Positions 10,096 through 18,533 are shown, counted from the first letter of the stretch. The stretch is 64,000 nucleotides of DNA from Ferruginibacter sp. (GCA_025963635.1 JAOQAK010000060.1:23575-87574); one strand, 5' to 3'. Translations and numbers: made by a program. The notes: generated by a model not told the origin, from the letters alone.

Positions 10096-10522
10096 GGCAA
10101 TTATAATGAGTAATGAGTAGGGAATGATCAGTTTTCTTTATTTCGTCCCACTTGTTTTTTCAAAGATTGTTAAGAGTTGTTTTGAAATAATTTTGAGAAT
10201 CCCCTTAAAAATATATGAGTTGATTGTTACAATTTTTTTGATGGGGAACCGGGCTTGGCTTCCAGCCAGGTTTCCGCCGGGGCAAAGCTTCGCCCGGCAG
10301 AATGTAGACCCGCAAATCGAAGTCCCAAGAAAACAAAATCAGAAAACCGGATCCACCCGGAGAAGTATATCATTGCACAAGTTTAAATATAGCAGTGCAG
10401 TTTTGTATCCGGATGGTTTTTATATTTCAGCCTATGAAGGATAAGTTGGAAAGGTTTTACCGGGATCACAAAGTTTCATTGAATGGATGATCCCGGTTTG
10501 GTATCCTGGTAAGCAATTGTGC

Positions 10523-11200
10523 TTATACCAATATATTTTCTGTAACCGTCTGCCCATCCAGCATACGAATAATGCGGTGGCTATATCTTGCATCATGTTC
10601 ACTGTGGGTAACCATTATCACGGTGGTACCTTGTTCATTGAGATCGGTTAATAATTGCATCACTTCGTTACCATTGCTGCTATCGAGGTTACCGGTAGGC
10701 TCATCCGCTAAAATCAGTTTGGGATTGTTGACCACGGCCCTTGCCACAGCTACACGTTGTTGTTGTCCCCCGCTAAGCTGTTGTGGGTAGTGATTTCTGC
10801 GGTGCATGATTTGCATCTTGTCTAACACTTCTTCCACCCTCTTCTTTCGATCAGCGGGTTTAACTCCTGTATAGATCAGCGGCAACTCAACATTTTCAAA
10901 TACTGTCAATTCATCGATGAGGTTAAAACTCTGGAATACAAAGCCGATATTGCGTTTGCGCAGGTCGGCCCTTTTGCGTTCGTTGAACTTTGCTACCTCA
11001 ATGCCATTGAATATAAAACTCCCTTCATCCTGGTCATCGAGCAAACCCAATATGTTCAGCAGGGTACTTTTGCCACAGCCGGAAGGTCCCATGATTGCTA
11101 CAAACTCGCCTTCTTTAATGTCGATGGAAAGATTGTTGAGTGCAACAGTTTCAACTTCTTCAGTCCGATAAATTTTTTCAAGATTTTGAATGTGTATCAT
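10523..11200 (-). CDS. ABC transporter ATP-binding protein (MacB/LolD-like)
   Basis: Walker A GPSGCGKST, signature LSGGQQQRV, Walker B ILADEPTGNLD and H-loop VTH. Confidence 0.97.
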   Translation of the reverse strand: MIHIQNLEKIYRTEEVETVALNNLSIDIKEGEFVAIMGPSGCGKSTLLNILGLLDDQDEGSFIFNGIEVAKFNERKRADLRKRNIGFVFQSFNLIDELTVFENVELPLIYTGVKPADRKKRVEEVLDKMQIMHRRNHYPQQLSGGQQQRVAVARAVVNNPKLILADEPTGNLDSSNGNEVMQLLTDLNEQGTTVIMVTHSEHDARYSHRIIRMLDGQTVTENILV

Positions 11201-11237
11201 TTTTTTCTGGTTGATGATTATTTATTTTGAAAGGATT

Positions 11238-11504
11238 TTATTGTAACAGTATAAAACGGCTGATAGGTGAAATTGGCACTTCAAGATCTGCGGACCGTGT
11301 AACGGACGACTCTTCTTCTTTTTTCTGCACAACGGATGTCTTTTTAGCACATGTTATATTAATAGCATAGTCATTCTTAGAATGCAGGCAGGCCTGCTCT
11401 GCAATGGATGAGGTGCATGATTTTTTGGCACCAACATTTTCCCTGGATGAAGTTAATACACTCATCGTTACAAAGAGGATTGATAGTTTTATTATATCTT
11501 TCAT
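11238..11504 (-). CDS. Small hypothetical secreted protein within the efflux operon
   Basis: 88 aa with a signal-like N-terminus. It fills the gap between the adaptor and ATPase genes in the same orientation. Confidence 0.6.
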   Translation of the reverse strand: MKDIIKLSILFVTMSVLTSSRENVGAKKSCTSSIAEQACLHSKNDYAINITCAKKTSVVQKKEEESSVTRSADLEVPISPISRFILLQ

Positions 11505-11533
11505 AAAATCCTTTTTAATTGTTAGTTTTTAAC

Positions 11534-11567
11534 CTCAGCCCGCCCTCACGAAGAAAGCGGGCCGGAG
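11534..11567 (-). terminator. GC-rich hairpin between the adaptor gene and the 88-aa ORF (attenuator or mRNA-stabilising stem)
   Basis: ctcagcccgc...gcgggccggag inverted repeat; there is no clear U-tract on the coding strand. Confidence 0.4.
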
Positions 11568-11599
11568 TTTTCTGGTATAAATTCCTTTTTATTATCCTA

Positions 11600-12856
11600 T
11601 TAAGGTCCCTTCAAAACGAGTTCCTGGATATTTCCATAGTTTTCATAACTGCTGGTGATTACCTTATCGCCTGCTTTCAATCCCTGCAACACTTCATAAT
11701 AATCAGGATTTTGGCTACCAAGCTGAATATCTACTTTATAAGCCATCGTGCCATTATCGTTTACTTTGAATATCCAGTTACCGCCGGTTTGCTGGTAAAA
11801 ACCGCCCTTACTTACCAATAATGCATTTCTTTCATCACTTAAAGCAAGATGGATCTGGAGGGTTTGCCCCCGCCTGAGGCCTGATGGGATGCTATCATTG
11901 AACTCCATATCTACCTGGAACCTGCCGCCGGTAACTTGTGTAAACACTTTCTTAATGGTAAGTTTATAATTTTTGCCGGCAATGGGACAATCCCCTACAA
12001 GGCCAATGAAAACACGTGAAATATAATGTTCATCTACGTTAACTCTTGCCTTGAACCCACTCATCACATCAATCTGCCCGAGGCGTTCGCCTTTGTTTTT
12101 ATTCTGGCCGATCTCCACGTCAAGCGAGGTTAGTTGCCCGTCAACCGGTGAGCGTACGATCAGGTCGCCCACCTTTTTGCGCATTAGTTGCAACGTATTT
12201 TGCATGCGTTCGTAAGACTCCCTGGCTTGTGCCACCTGCAATTTCATTGAGCTTCCATCCTGTTTCAAAATATCTTCTGCTAATTTTTTTCTGCCTACCT
12301 GGTAATTGTACAGGTTAAGACTGGATTCATATTCCTGTTTACCGATCACTTTTTGAGCGTATAACTTTTTATTTACATTATATACTCTTTCTGCTTCTTT
12401 TAAGGCATTGTCCACATCTGCCATCTGCGTTTGCCGGTTCATTGAGTTTTGTTCCGCCACATTTTTAGTGTTCTGCATTTGTGTCAACACATCAAACACG
12501 GCAGTTTCCTGGTTGGCCAAACTTAATTCGAGATCGGTATTGCTTAACCGTAAAATCGGTTGGCCTTTTTTCATGATGGCGCCATCCTCTACGTATTTTT
12601 CTTCTACTCTGCCGCCTTCCATTGCATCCAGGTAAATAGTAGTAACGGGAAGCACCACCCCATCCACCGGTATAAATTCCTGGAAAGGACCCTGCTTCAC
12701 TTCGCTGATGGTAATACGGTCAGTTACTACGTTCAGTTTTGATTTGCCCGAAGAAAAATATACGCTGGCCGTTAACAATGCTACCAGCGCTACAGACCCG
12801 CCAATCATCATGATCCGTTTACTATTCCAAAGTTTTTTTTCTATTACCCTGTCCAT
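11600..12856 (-). CDS. Efflux RND/ABC transporter periplasmic adaptor subunit (HlyD/MacA family)
   Basis: 418 aa. MDRVIEKK start with an N-terminal TM, lipoyl halves GGRVEEKYVEDGAIMKKGQPI and RSPVDGQLTSL, a coiled-coil hairpin, and C-terminal GLKAGDKVITS. Confidence 0.93.
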   Translation of the reverse strand: MDRVIEKKLWNSKRIMMIGGSVALVALLTASVYFSSGKSKLNVVTDRITISEVKQGPFQEFIPVDGVVLPVTTIYLDAMEGGRVEEKYVEDGAIMKKGQPILRLSNTDLELSLANQETAVFDVLTQMQNTKNVAEQNSMNRQTQMADVDNALKEAERVYNVNKKLYAQKVIGKQEYESSLNLYNYQVGRKKLAEDILKQDGSSMKLQVAQARESYERMQNTLQLMRKKVGDLIVRSPVDGQLTSLDVEIGQNKNKGERLGQIDVMSGFKARVNVDEHYISRVFIGLVGDCPIAGKNYKLTIKKVFTQVTGGRFQVDMEFNDSIPSGLRRGQTLQIHLALSDERNALLVSKGGFYQQTGGNWIFKVNDNGTMAYKVDIQLGSQNPDYYEVLQGLKAGDKVITSSYENYGNIQELVLKGP

Positions 12857-12944
12857 TTTTTTATCGTGTTACTTTTGTTTTAATCTGGTACGGCGGTCTT
12901 CTGTACAACTGTTCATCAACCCACCGATTTTTCTTACTTCATTA

Positions 12945-12960
12945 TACAAAGCCATGCCAA
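12945..12960 (-). promoter_or_regulatory. Putative sigma54-type promoter of the efflux operon
   Basis: Minus strand reads TTGGCATGGCTTTGTA. The -24 TGGCA element is good. The -12 element is non-canonical (TTGT, one nt closer than TGGCAC-N5-TTGC). Confidence 0.5.
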
Positions 12961-13010
12961 ATCATAACCAGTTGAATTTCATTTATTTATAGATCAAAGT
13001 TAACTTTTAC

Positions 13011-13049
13011 TGTACGCTATCGATACAACAAGTGTACGGTTTTGATACA
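13011..13049. promoter_or_regulatory. Pair of TGT-N11-ACA operator/enhancer sites, 22-bp period
   Basis: tgtacgctatcgataca (13011-13027) and tgtacggttttgataca (13033-13049). Confidence 0.7.
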
Positions 13050-13124
13050 GTTTCTTTTGCCGGGGTTATGCAGGTAATTTTCATTGCTTTTTTTGCGATC
13101 GCTACCAATGCTTAATGGGTGTTT

Positions 13125-13313
13125 TTAAAAAGAAAAACTTCTTAGCGCAATGCCCTTTTTCCGGCGCTGAATATTCCAGAGATCTGCGACACTGAAAGTT
13201 TTTTGACGGGGCAGATCCATACCGCTTGCCAGGCTTTCCTTCACTTCTGCGGTAAGGTTTGCCAGCGAGCCGGAGCTTAATCTGGAAAACAAAATGTTTG
13301 ACTGCTTTTTCAT
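13125..13313 (-). CDS. Small hypothetical peptide, paralog 2 (MKKQSN...LWNxQR family)
   Basis: 62 aa that align without gaps to 13347-13532 at roughly half identity. Confidence 0.8.
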   Translation of the reverse strand: MKKQSNILFSRLSSGSLANLTAEVKESLASGMDLPRQKTFSVADLWNIQRRKKGIALRSFSF

Positions 13314-13346
13314 GACTATAATTTTTAATTTATTTAATATTTTTTG

Positions 13347-13532
13347 TTACAGGAATCTTCTTTGCGGGATAGGTTTCTTTTGGCGTTGAACGTTCCATAA
13401 TTCTGCTGCTGTAAAAACTTTGGGTCTGGATGATATCAACCCGAATGCGATTGTTTCTTCAACCTCTTTTGTAAGGTTTGCCATGTCACGATTACTTAAG
13501 GAAGTAAATAACATGTTTGATTGTTTTTTCAT
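13347..13532 (-). CDS. Small hypothetical peptide, paralog 1 (MKKQSN...LWNxQR family)
   Basis: 61 aa. Shares MKKQSNxLF..LS....ANLT.EV.E..A.G......K.F..A.LWN.QR.KK with 13125-13313. Confidence 0.8.
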   Translation of the reverse strand: MKKQSNMLFTSLSNRDMANLTKEVEETIAFGLISSRPKVFTAAELWNVQRQKKPIPQRRFL

Positions 13533-13601
13533 GATGCAAATATTTTTTTTGTTGATAATTTTTTTTGTTTTTTTTAAAAGATCTTTTCTGTTACATCTTT
13601 A

Positions 13602-13617
13602 TATAAAGACGTGCCAA
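13602..13617 (-). promoter_or_regulatory. Putative sigma54-type promoter of the peptide pair
   Basis: Minus strand reads TTGGCACGTCTTTATA, at the same distance to its upstream operator pair as the 12945-12960 promoter. Confidence 0.5.
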
Positions 13618-13667
13618 TTCATAACATGCTTGTTTTCAGATATTTATAAAAGCCTTGTAAAATCTAC

Positions 13668-13706
13668 TGTTCGCTTTCGATACAATCACTATCCGCTTTT
13701 GATACA
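13668..13706. promoter_or_regulatory. Second pair of TGT-N11-ACA operator/enhancer sites, 22-bp period
   Basis: tgttcgctttcgataca (13668-13684) and tatccgcttttgataca (13690-13706), matching 13011-13049. Confidence 0.7.
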
Positions 13707-13862
13707 GGGGGGCATGGAGAAGGCAAAAATGTATGGAGTTTATGTTGATGGCTTAGAATAAGCCCGCTGGCTATCAACGCGGTAATATTTTACTATTCAG
13801 TGAAAGCCAGGAATAAAGTGGACATTGGTTAGTGCGACTGATAACTGAAGAAGACATTCATT

Positions 13863-14549
13863 TTATGGGCGCTTTTGGATATTCCAAAAGCTAATCTTTC
13901 GTCTTGTAGTAAATCCCAATTTTTCGTATAGTTGAATTGCTCCGTAATTATCTTCAACTACGTGTAAATAAGGTTTTACATTTTGATCGAAGATATTATT
14001 TACAGTATGAGCAATTAGTTGTTTGGCATATCCTTGTCCTGTTTGGCTGGGATGTGTAACGATAGCACTTACTTCAACAAACCCATCCATCTTCATGCGT
14101 TCTCCGGTAACAGCAATAAGTTCATCATTTTTAAATATTCCAAAGTAATTACCTAACAAAGCTGTTTTCCTTCTGAAATAGCCAGGTTGCACTAAATTAA
14201 TTAATTGGAATAACGAATCTGTGTGGTCGCTGGTAAGTTTTATAATCCTGTCCTTTATTTCAATTTCAATCCTGTGTGTAATAATCATTTGAAGACATAC
14301 TGATTCTTTTCTCAACACTAATTGATTTGAAAGCCCAGGTTTTTCACCAACGATAAAAAAATTGTCAACGCTTGCTGAATATTCATCCAGAGGCTTTGCA
14401 ATGCTCTTCACTTTTTCAAAACCACCAAATGGACAGTAGTCGGGATGATAGAATTTTATATGATTATAGTCGATCGAAAAATTCCGGTGAGTCTCGGACA
14501 GCGAAAACCAAACAGGATTGTCTAATTTTTTGTCAGTTTGTGTTTTCAT
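13863..14549 (-). CDS. GNAT family N-acetyltransferase (FR47-like)
   Basis: KLDNPVWFSL N-terminus, AVTGERMK, SAIVTHPSQTGQGYAKQL acetyl-CoA motif and AIQLYEKLGF. Start taken at ATG 14549. Confidence 0.9.
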   Translation of the reverse strand: MKTQTDKKLDNPVWFSLSETHRNFSIDYNHIKFYHPDYCPFGGFEKVKSIAKPLDEYSASVDNFFIVGEKPGLSNQLVLRKESVCLQMIITHRIEIEIKDRIIKLTSDHTDSLFQLINLVQPGYFRRKTALLGNYFGIFKNDELIAVTGERMKMDGFVEVSAIVTHPSQTGQGYAKQLIAHTVNNIFDQNVKPYLHVVEDNYGAIQLYEKLGFTTRRKISFWNIQKRP

Positions 14550-14580
14550 CTTTTGCAACCTGTCTGAACATGAATAAAAA

Positions 14581-14700
14581 AACTTGTAGCAAAAATAAAT
14601 TTGAACAAAAAAATGCTACCAACCTGTAGCAAAAATAAAAATTTCGAAAAAAATGCTACAAACTTGTAGCAACGAAACAAAATAGATAAAAAATGCTACA
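14581..14700. repeat. Three tandem 40-bp repeats, each with TGTAGCA and its reverse complement TGCTAC(A)
   Basis: aacttgtagcaaaaataaatttgaacaaaaaaatgctacc / aacctgtagcaaaaataaaaatttcgaaaaaaatgctaca / aacttgtagcaacgaaacaaaatagataaaaaatgctaca. Confidence 0.9.
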
Positions 14701-14825
14701 CCTGTTATTAAAAGTATTGCAACCAAAGCCATTTAAATGATTACACTTACCTTATTTACCGACGGAATTTTTTAAAAAGAAATAAATCGTTTTTGCAAGG
14801 AAAATTTCACAGGGAATTTTCATTT

Positions 14826-15268
14826 TTATTCAAAAATGCGGCGGAGATAATTTACCTGCCCGAGGTGATAATTTAGATGCAGTAACAACTGCAGCAGTAC
14901 ATAGGTGGTAGAAGGTTTCATATCGTCGAACATAAGCGGGTACTCTGCTTCCGTGTGCTCCGCCGTGAGATCGTTGATCGTTTTGTTGATCATCGGAATA
15001 AGTTCTTCCAGTTTAACCAAGAGCTCTTTTCTTTCAGCGCCTTTGCTGGTAAATTCCTTGTTACGTTCGCGAACATAGCCGGTTTGTGCAAGTGTAGCTC
15101 CAATAAAATGATTCAGTCCCCCAATGATATGTAATACAAGATTGCCAGCCGGGTTCTTCACAGATCCCTGGGTTCGCCACAGGTCTTCTTCATTTCTAAA
15201 TAGGTGACTTCTTCGATCATCTTACGGATGTCTCGCTCGTAAAAAGTTGCTAATATACTATTCAAAAT
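14826..15268 (-). pseudogene. DinB/DUF1572-family protein, frameshifted
   Basis: The upstream frame LNSILATFYERDIRKMIEEV continues after a 1-nt loss near 15205 into LFRNEEDLWRTQGSVKNPAGNLVLHIIGGLNHFIG...LLHLNYHLGQVNY. The shift could also be a sequencing error. Confidence 0.7.
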
Positions 15269-15349
15269 AACAAAAATATTTACCGGTAAAACTATTTAAT
15301 CTGAATTCATGAAACATTACAAGATTAGTGGTTCGTGTTTTTTTTGCGA

Positions 15350-16432
15350 CTAATGCTTTTCCATTTGGTAGTGTTTTTTTAATACATCTTCTCCATATTC
15401 ATTACCTTTTTCCCGCCATATCGCATGAATATGATTTGCACTGTTTCTCGGCCCGCCGTTATTATCAAATTCGATAATGAAGGTTGGGCCATTTAAAACA
15501 TAGTAATGTGGCTTTTTTTCGTCGTATTCTCCAATCCATCCAAAATAGATTTTATCAATCCCTGCTTTCATGATTTTTTCATATTCAATATCTGCCTTTT
15601 GGTACTCAAGGTTAAATACAAATTCCCGAATGATGTATTTCAAAACTGCTTTTTGTCTATCATTCATTTCAGCCCCTAAGATGCCCCAATTGTCAACCAG
15701 GCGCTTCCCACTTTCTGCGGCAGTGATGATATCTCGTGGCACGGCGGTACTCATTGTTGCTTTCTTTTGTTGACCAGGTGAAAAGAGATTTACTAACTTA
15801 ATGCCTAAATCTTCCTCTTGCCCCAGAACCCGCCAGCCTGCATACTCAGCGTTAGGATATTCGGCCGGGTCTGTACCCATGAAAAACGGAGTCACTGAGA
15901 GTTTGTCATTAACAAATGTAAAATTCACTGATAAGTGATGACCTTCCAGTTTATAGCCCCAAACGCTATCTGCCGGCCGGCCAAAAAAGGCAAAAAAATA
16001 ATTTTTGTGCGACCATAATAGCGACCGTATGAATGTATAGGTAGTATCGTTGATTTCTTTCCTGAAATAAAGGCTATCGTAAAACCGATTCAGCAAATCA
16101 TCGAGGTGCATGATACCGGTAGCTTTTAGATAGCCCTGTGAACTTAGTGAAACAGAAAGAATTCGATGAACAAGCTTTCGTTGGTCATCATTCATGTTTC
16201 CTATACTTGTTCCTGCTCTTGCCCGCAGGCCAACCGGAAGATTGTTCCATTTAAGCCGTGCAGTATCATCAAAGCTTAACTCGCCGGAACGTTGTTGCAC
16301 TTTGTCAAATGAATTGTAGAGTGCGACTGCCACCTTTTTTATTTCATTGTTATAAGTTGCCTGGCTGTTCGCGGCGCATGTAAAAAACAGCATGAGAATA
16401 AAAGCGCAAAATGGGCGGGTTCTGTTTTTCAA
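15350..16432 (-). CDS. DUF3500 domain-containing secreted protein
   Basis: WNNLPV, WGYKLEGHHLSVNF, PFFMGTDP, YYVLNGPTFIIEFDN, NHIHAIWRE, YGEDVLKKHY. The ORF-track start (16561) overlaps the upstream gene, so the start is more likely TTG 16432 or ATG 16393. Confidence 0.85.
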   Translation of the reverse strand: MKNRTRPFCAFILMLFFTCAANSQATYNNEIKKVAVALYNSFDKVQQRSGELSFDDTARLKWNNLPVGLRARAGTSIGNMNDDQRKLVHRILSVSLSSQGYLKATGIMHLDDLLNRFYDSLYFRKEINDTTYTFIRSLLWSHKNYFFAFFGRPADSVWGYKLEGHHLSVNFTFVNDKLSVTPFFMGTDPAEYPNAEYAGWRVLGQEEDLGIKLVNLFSPGQQKKATMSTAVPRDIITAAESGKRLVDNWGILGAEMNDRQKAVLKYIIREFVFNLEYQKADIEYEKIMKAGIDKIYFGWIGEYDEKKPHYYVLNGPTFIIEFDNNGGPRNSANHIHAIWREKGNEYGEDVLKKHYQMEKH

Positions 16433-16478
16433 AATGAATGAGTTTAAGTGTATGTTCCGGCATTTCCAGTGGCTGGCA

Positions 16479-16961
16479 TTACCTGATGATGTCTGTGTCA
16501 ACCGGTATGTATCCAAGGTGCCGGCTAATAGAAAGGATTTGGCCTTTATGATGAAATTCATGGGTTATTACATGAGTAAATAGCTTCAGCCTGCTGATAC
16601 TGTTGCTTGTTCCATTTTTTTCATAATTGATTTGCTCAGTTCCTGCAAACTGGAATGATTTTATGAACTCATACATAAAGATGTCAACAGATTCAAATAA
16701 GTCGATTATGTCACTTATATTTTTCATAGTTTGATAATCAGTAAAAGAGATATTCTTATTTAATCCATTTTTAGCAATCCAAACTTCATACACATTGGCA
16801 ATATGCACTAACAAATTCCTGACACTACCTCCTCTCCCAAATGAACTATTTTCATTTATGAAGTCAGTCTCAAAAATTGTTTCGCAATATTCCAGCAGCA
16901 CTTGTCTTGATGCTCTCACAGCTTCGTACTGTTCTGTGACGTATTTGAAAAGAGATTCCAT
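16479..16961 (-). CDS. DinB family protein (metal-dependent four-helix bundle)
   Basis: GSVRNLLVHIANV and FTHVITHEFHHKGQIL His triad. Confidence 0.88.
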   Translation of the reverse strand: MESLFKYVTEQYEAVRASRQVLLEYCETIFETDFINENSSFGRGGSVRNLLVHIANVYEVWIAKNGLNKNISFTDYQTMKNISDIIDLFESVDIFMYEFIKSFQFAGTEQINYEKNGTSNSISRLKLFTHVITHEFHHKGQILSISRHLGYIPVDTDIIR

Positions 16962-17090
16962 TCGAATTGTTTAAGCTTACCTGCAATATTATTTTGGTTG
17001 GATCCTGAAGTTGGAGTAGGAATTTAAATGTGTGTACTACTTTTTCAGAGAGGATATGGGATATGCACTAATGTCGATGACAAAAAGTTC

Positions 17091-18533
17091 TCAATGCGCT
17101 GCAAAGTAAATGTTTAACCAGTGATACCATACCGGGCCTGTTGTTTCAATTCCTTCCCAAAAACCTGCAGTTCCAGTTGAAGGACCGTCTCCATTGGAGT
17201 CCCCTAAAAAACTATCATCCTCATAAGAAGTAAATACAACGCCCAGTCCATTGTAGTTTTGAATTTGAGAAGTACCCTGTGGTACAAAAAGCGTAAATCC
17301 GGGGTTGGTATAGCGGGCAAACTTCAGTACAACGCCATCGCCCAGGACCAAAATTTTTCCGGGGTCGAATGCCCAGGAATTACCACTCCAGCCGCCCAAT
17401 ACATAAGGAACCTGTTTGTTGGTCCATGTTAACGTAAGCGCCTGGTCAATATCTACACAATCAACATAAATGGCATTGGATTGATTAAAACTAAATTCAT
17501 TGCTGTTATCAAAATCAGTCGCTATTCCGATAAGAACGGGATGGCCGGAGTTGGAAAAGAACAGGTTCTGTTTTGCAATGGAACTCTGAGGGCACCTGGA
17601 CATGTCCAATGTTGCAGTTGTTTGATTGAGAGTTCCGGAGTTATATTCAAAAATTACTTTCGTAACGGTATTGTTTATTCCGGAACCCATGTTTAATGCC
17701 CGCTCGTGATTGAGCGATGCATAGCCGGCATACTGGATAGCGCCCCCGGTAATACTATTGCCGGAGGAAGTACCAAAGGAAATGTTAGCCCAATCACCAT
17801 ATTTTTTAGCGCCTGCAGAAGATGTAAATACCGCGTTTCGGGAAATGAGTTTTCCTCCACCCTGAACAATCATACCTTTTTGCGCATCAAAAGTTACGGT
17901 TGCACCCTCAATGGTAAGCGGCGCATTTACCGAGACATAATATTTGCAGTGATAAATATGACATTGATCCCAGACTGTTGGCGTATCAATGGTAGGGCCA
18001 ACTTCTACAATCTGCGGCACGCAAGAAAGGCCGATATATTGTGAGTCCACAGCTATTCCCCCAGGTCCGGTTGCTGTCAACTTTACGATTGTATTTGTTA
18101 AGTAAGGGGCAAGTGTTTTATAAAGATGTGTTGGATTGACAGCAGTTGAAGTATTATTGACCCCACTTGCGGTGTCACCAAAATTCCACAAATAACTTGT
18201 TGCGTGGGTGGATGTATTCGTAAATGTAACAGTTGCCGGAACTGTAAATGGTCCAGCAAACGTAAAATTCGCAACCGGTGCCGCAACTCCAGCAACATCA
18301 AAAGTATTCCCGACATCTACGGTAACACGATGCCCGTTTGCGTTTAAAGATTTACAGGAAGCATTTATGTCTATATGAATGTCGTAGTTTAAAATAATGT
18401 TCGTTGTATTGGTGGGGATAATATTGTTGCTCCACATGGCCTGGTCGCTCCATGCTCCTGATTTTACATTCGTTACTTGTCCAAAACTTAGATTAGTTAA
18501 CAGAAAAAGTAAAGTGGTAAAATGTAATTTCAT
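17091..18533 (-). CDS. Secreted PKD-domain protein with a G8-like N-terminus and beta-helix-like C-terminus
   Basis: Signal peptide MKLHFTTLLFLLTNLSFG, SGAWSDQAMWSNNIIP, and a PKD repeat VTFTNTSTHATSYLWNFGD...NPTHLY. Start taken at ATG 18533. Confidence 0.7.
   Translation of the reverse strand: MKLHFTTLLFLLTNLSFGQVTNVKSGAWSDQAMWSNNIIPTNTTNIILNYDIHIDINASCKSLNANGHRVTVDVGNTFDVAGVAAPVANFTFAGPFTVPATVTFTNTSTHATSYLWNFGDTASGVNNTSTAVNPTHLYKTLAPYLTNTIVKLTATGPGGIAVDSQYIGLSCVPQIVEVGPTIDTPTVWDQCHIYHCKYYVSVNAPLTIEGATVTFDAQKGMIVQGGGKLISRNAVFTSSAGAKKYGDWANISFGTSSGNSITGGAIQYAGYASLNHERALNMGSGINNTVTKVIFEYNSGTLNQTTATLDMSRCPQSSIAKQNLFFSNSGHPVLIGIATDFDNSNEFSFNQSNAIYVDCVDIDQALTLTWTNKQVPYVLGGWSGNSWAFDPGKILVLGDGVVLKFARYTNPGFTLFVPQGTSQIQNYNGLGVVFTSYEDDSFLGDSNGDGPSTGTAGFWEGIETTGPVWYHWLNIYFAAH

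Noticed and set aside
359-13761. Plus-strand ORFs in the track overlapping the efflux locus (e.g. 872-1186, 8945-9289, 10124-10444, 10917-11171, 13420-13761)
   Set aside because: Nearly all are antisense shadows of well-supported minus-strand genes; 10124-10444 spans the structured intergenic region. None shows family motifs.
13762-13850. Possible further attC-like site downstream of the GNAT gene (..acattggttagtgcg)
   Set aside because: Too degenerate. It lacks the TTTTGGCAATGC inner arm and a clear partner arm.
14581-14700. Possible mini CRISPR array (palindromic repeat plus spacers)
   Set aside because: The conserved part is only about 18 bp, the spacers are similar A-rich sequences, and no cas genes are present. 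It is a tandem repeat.
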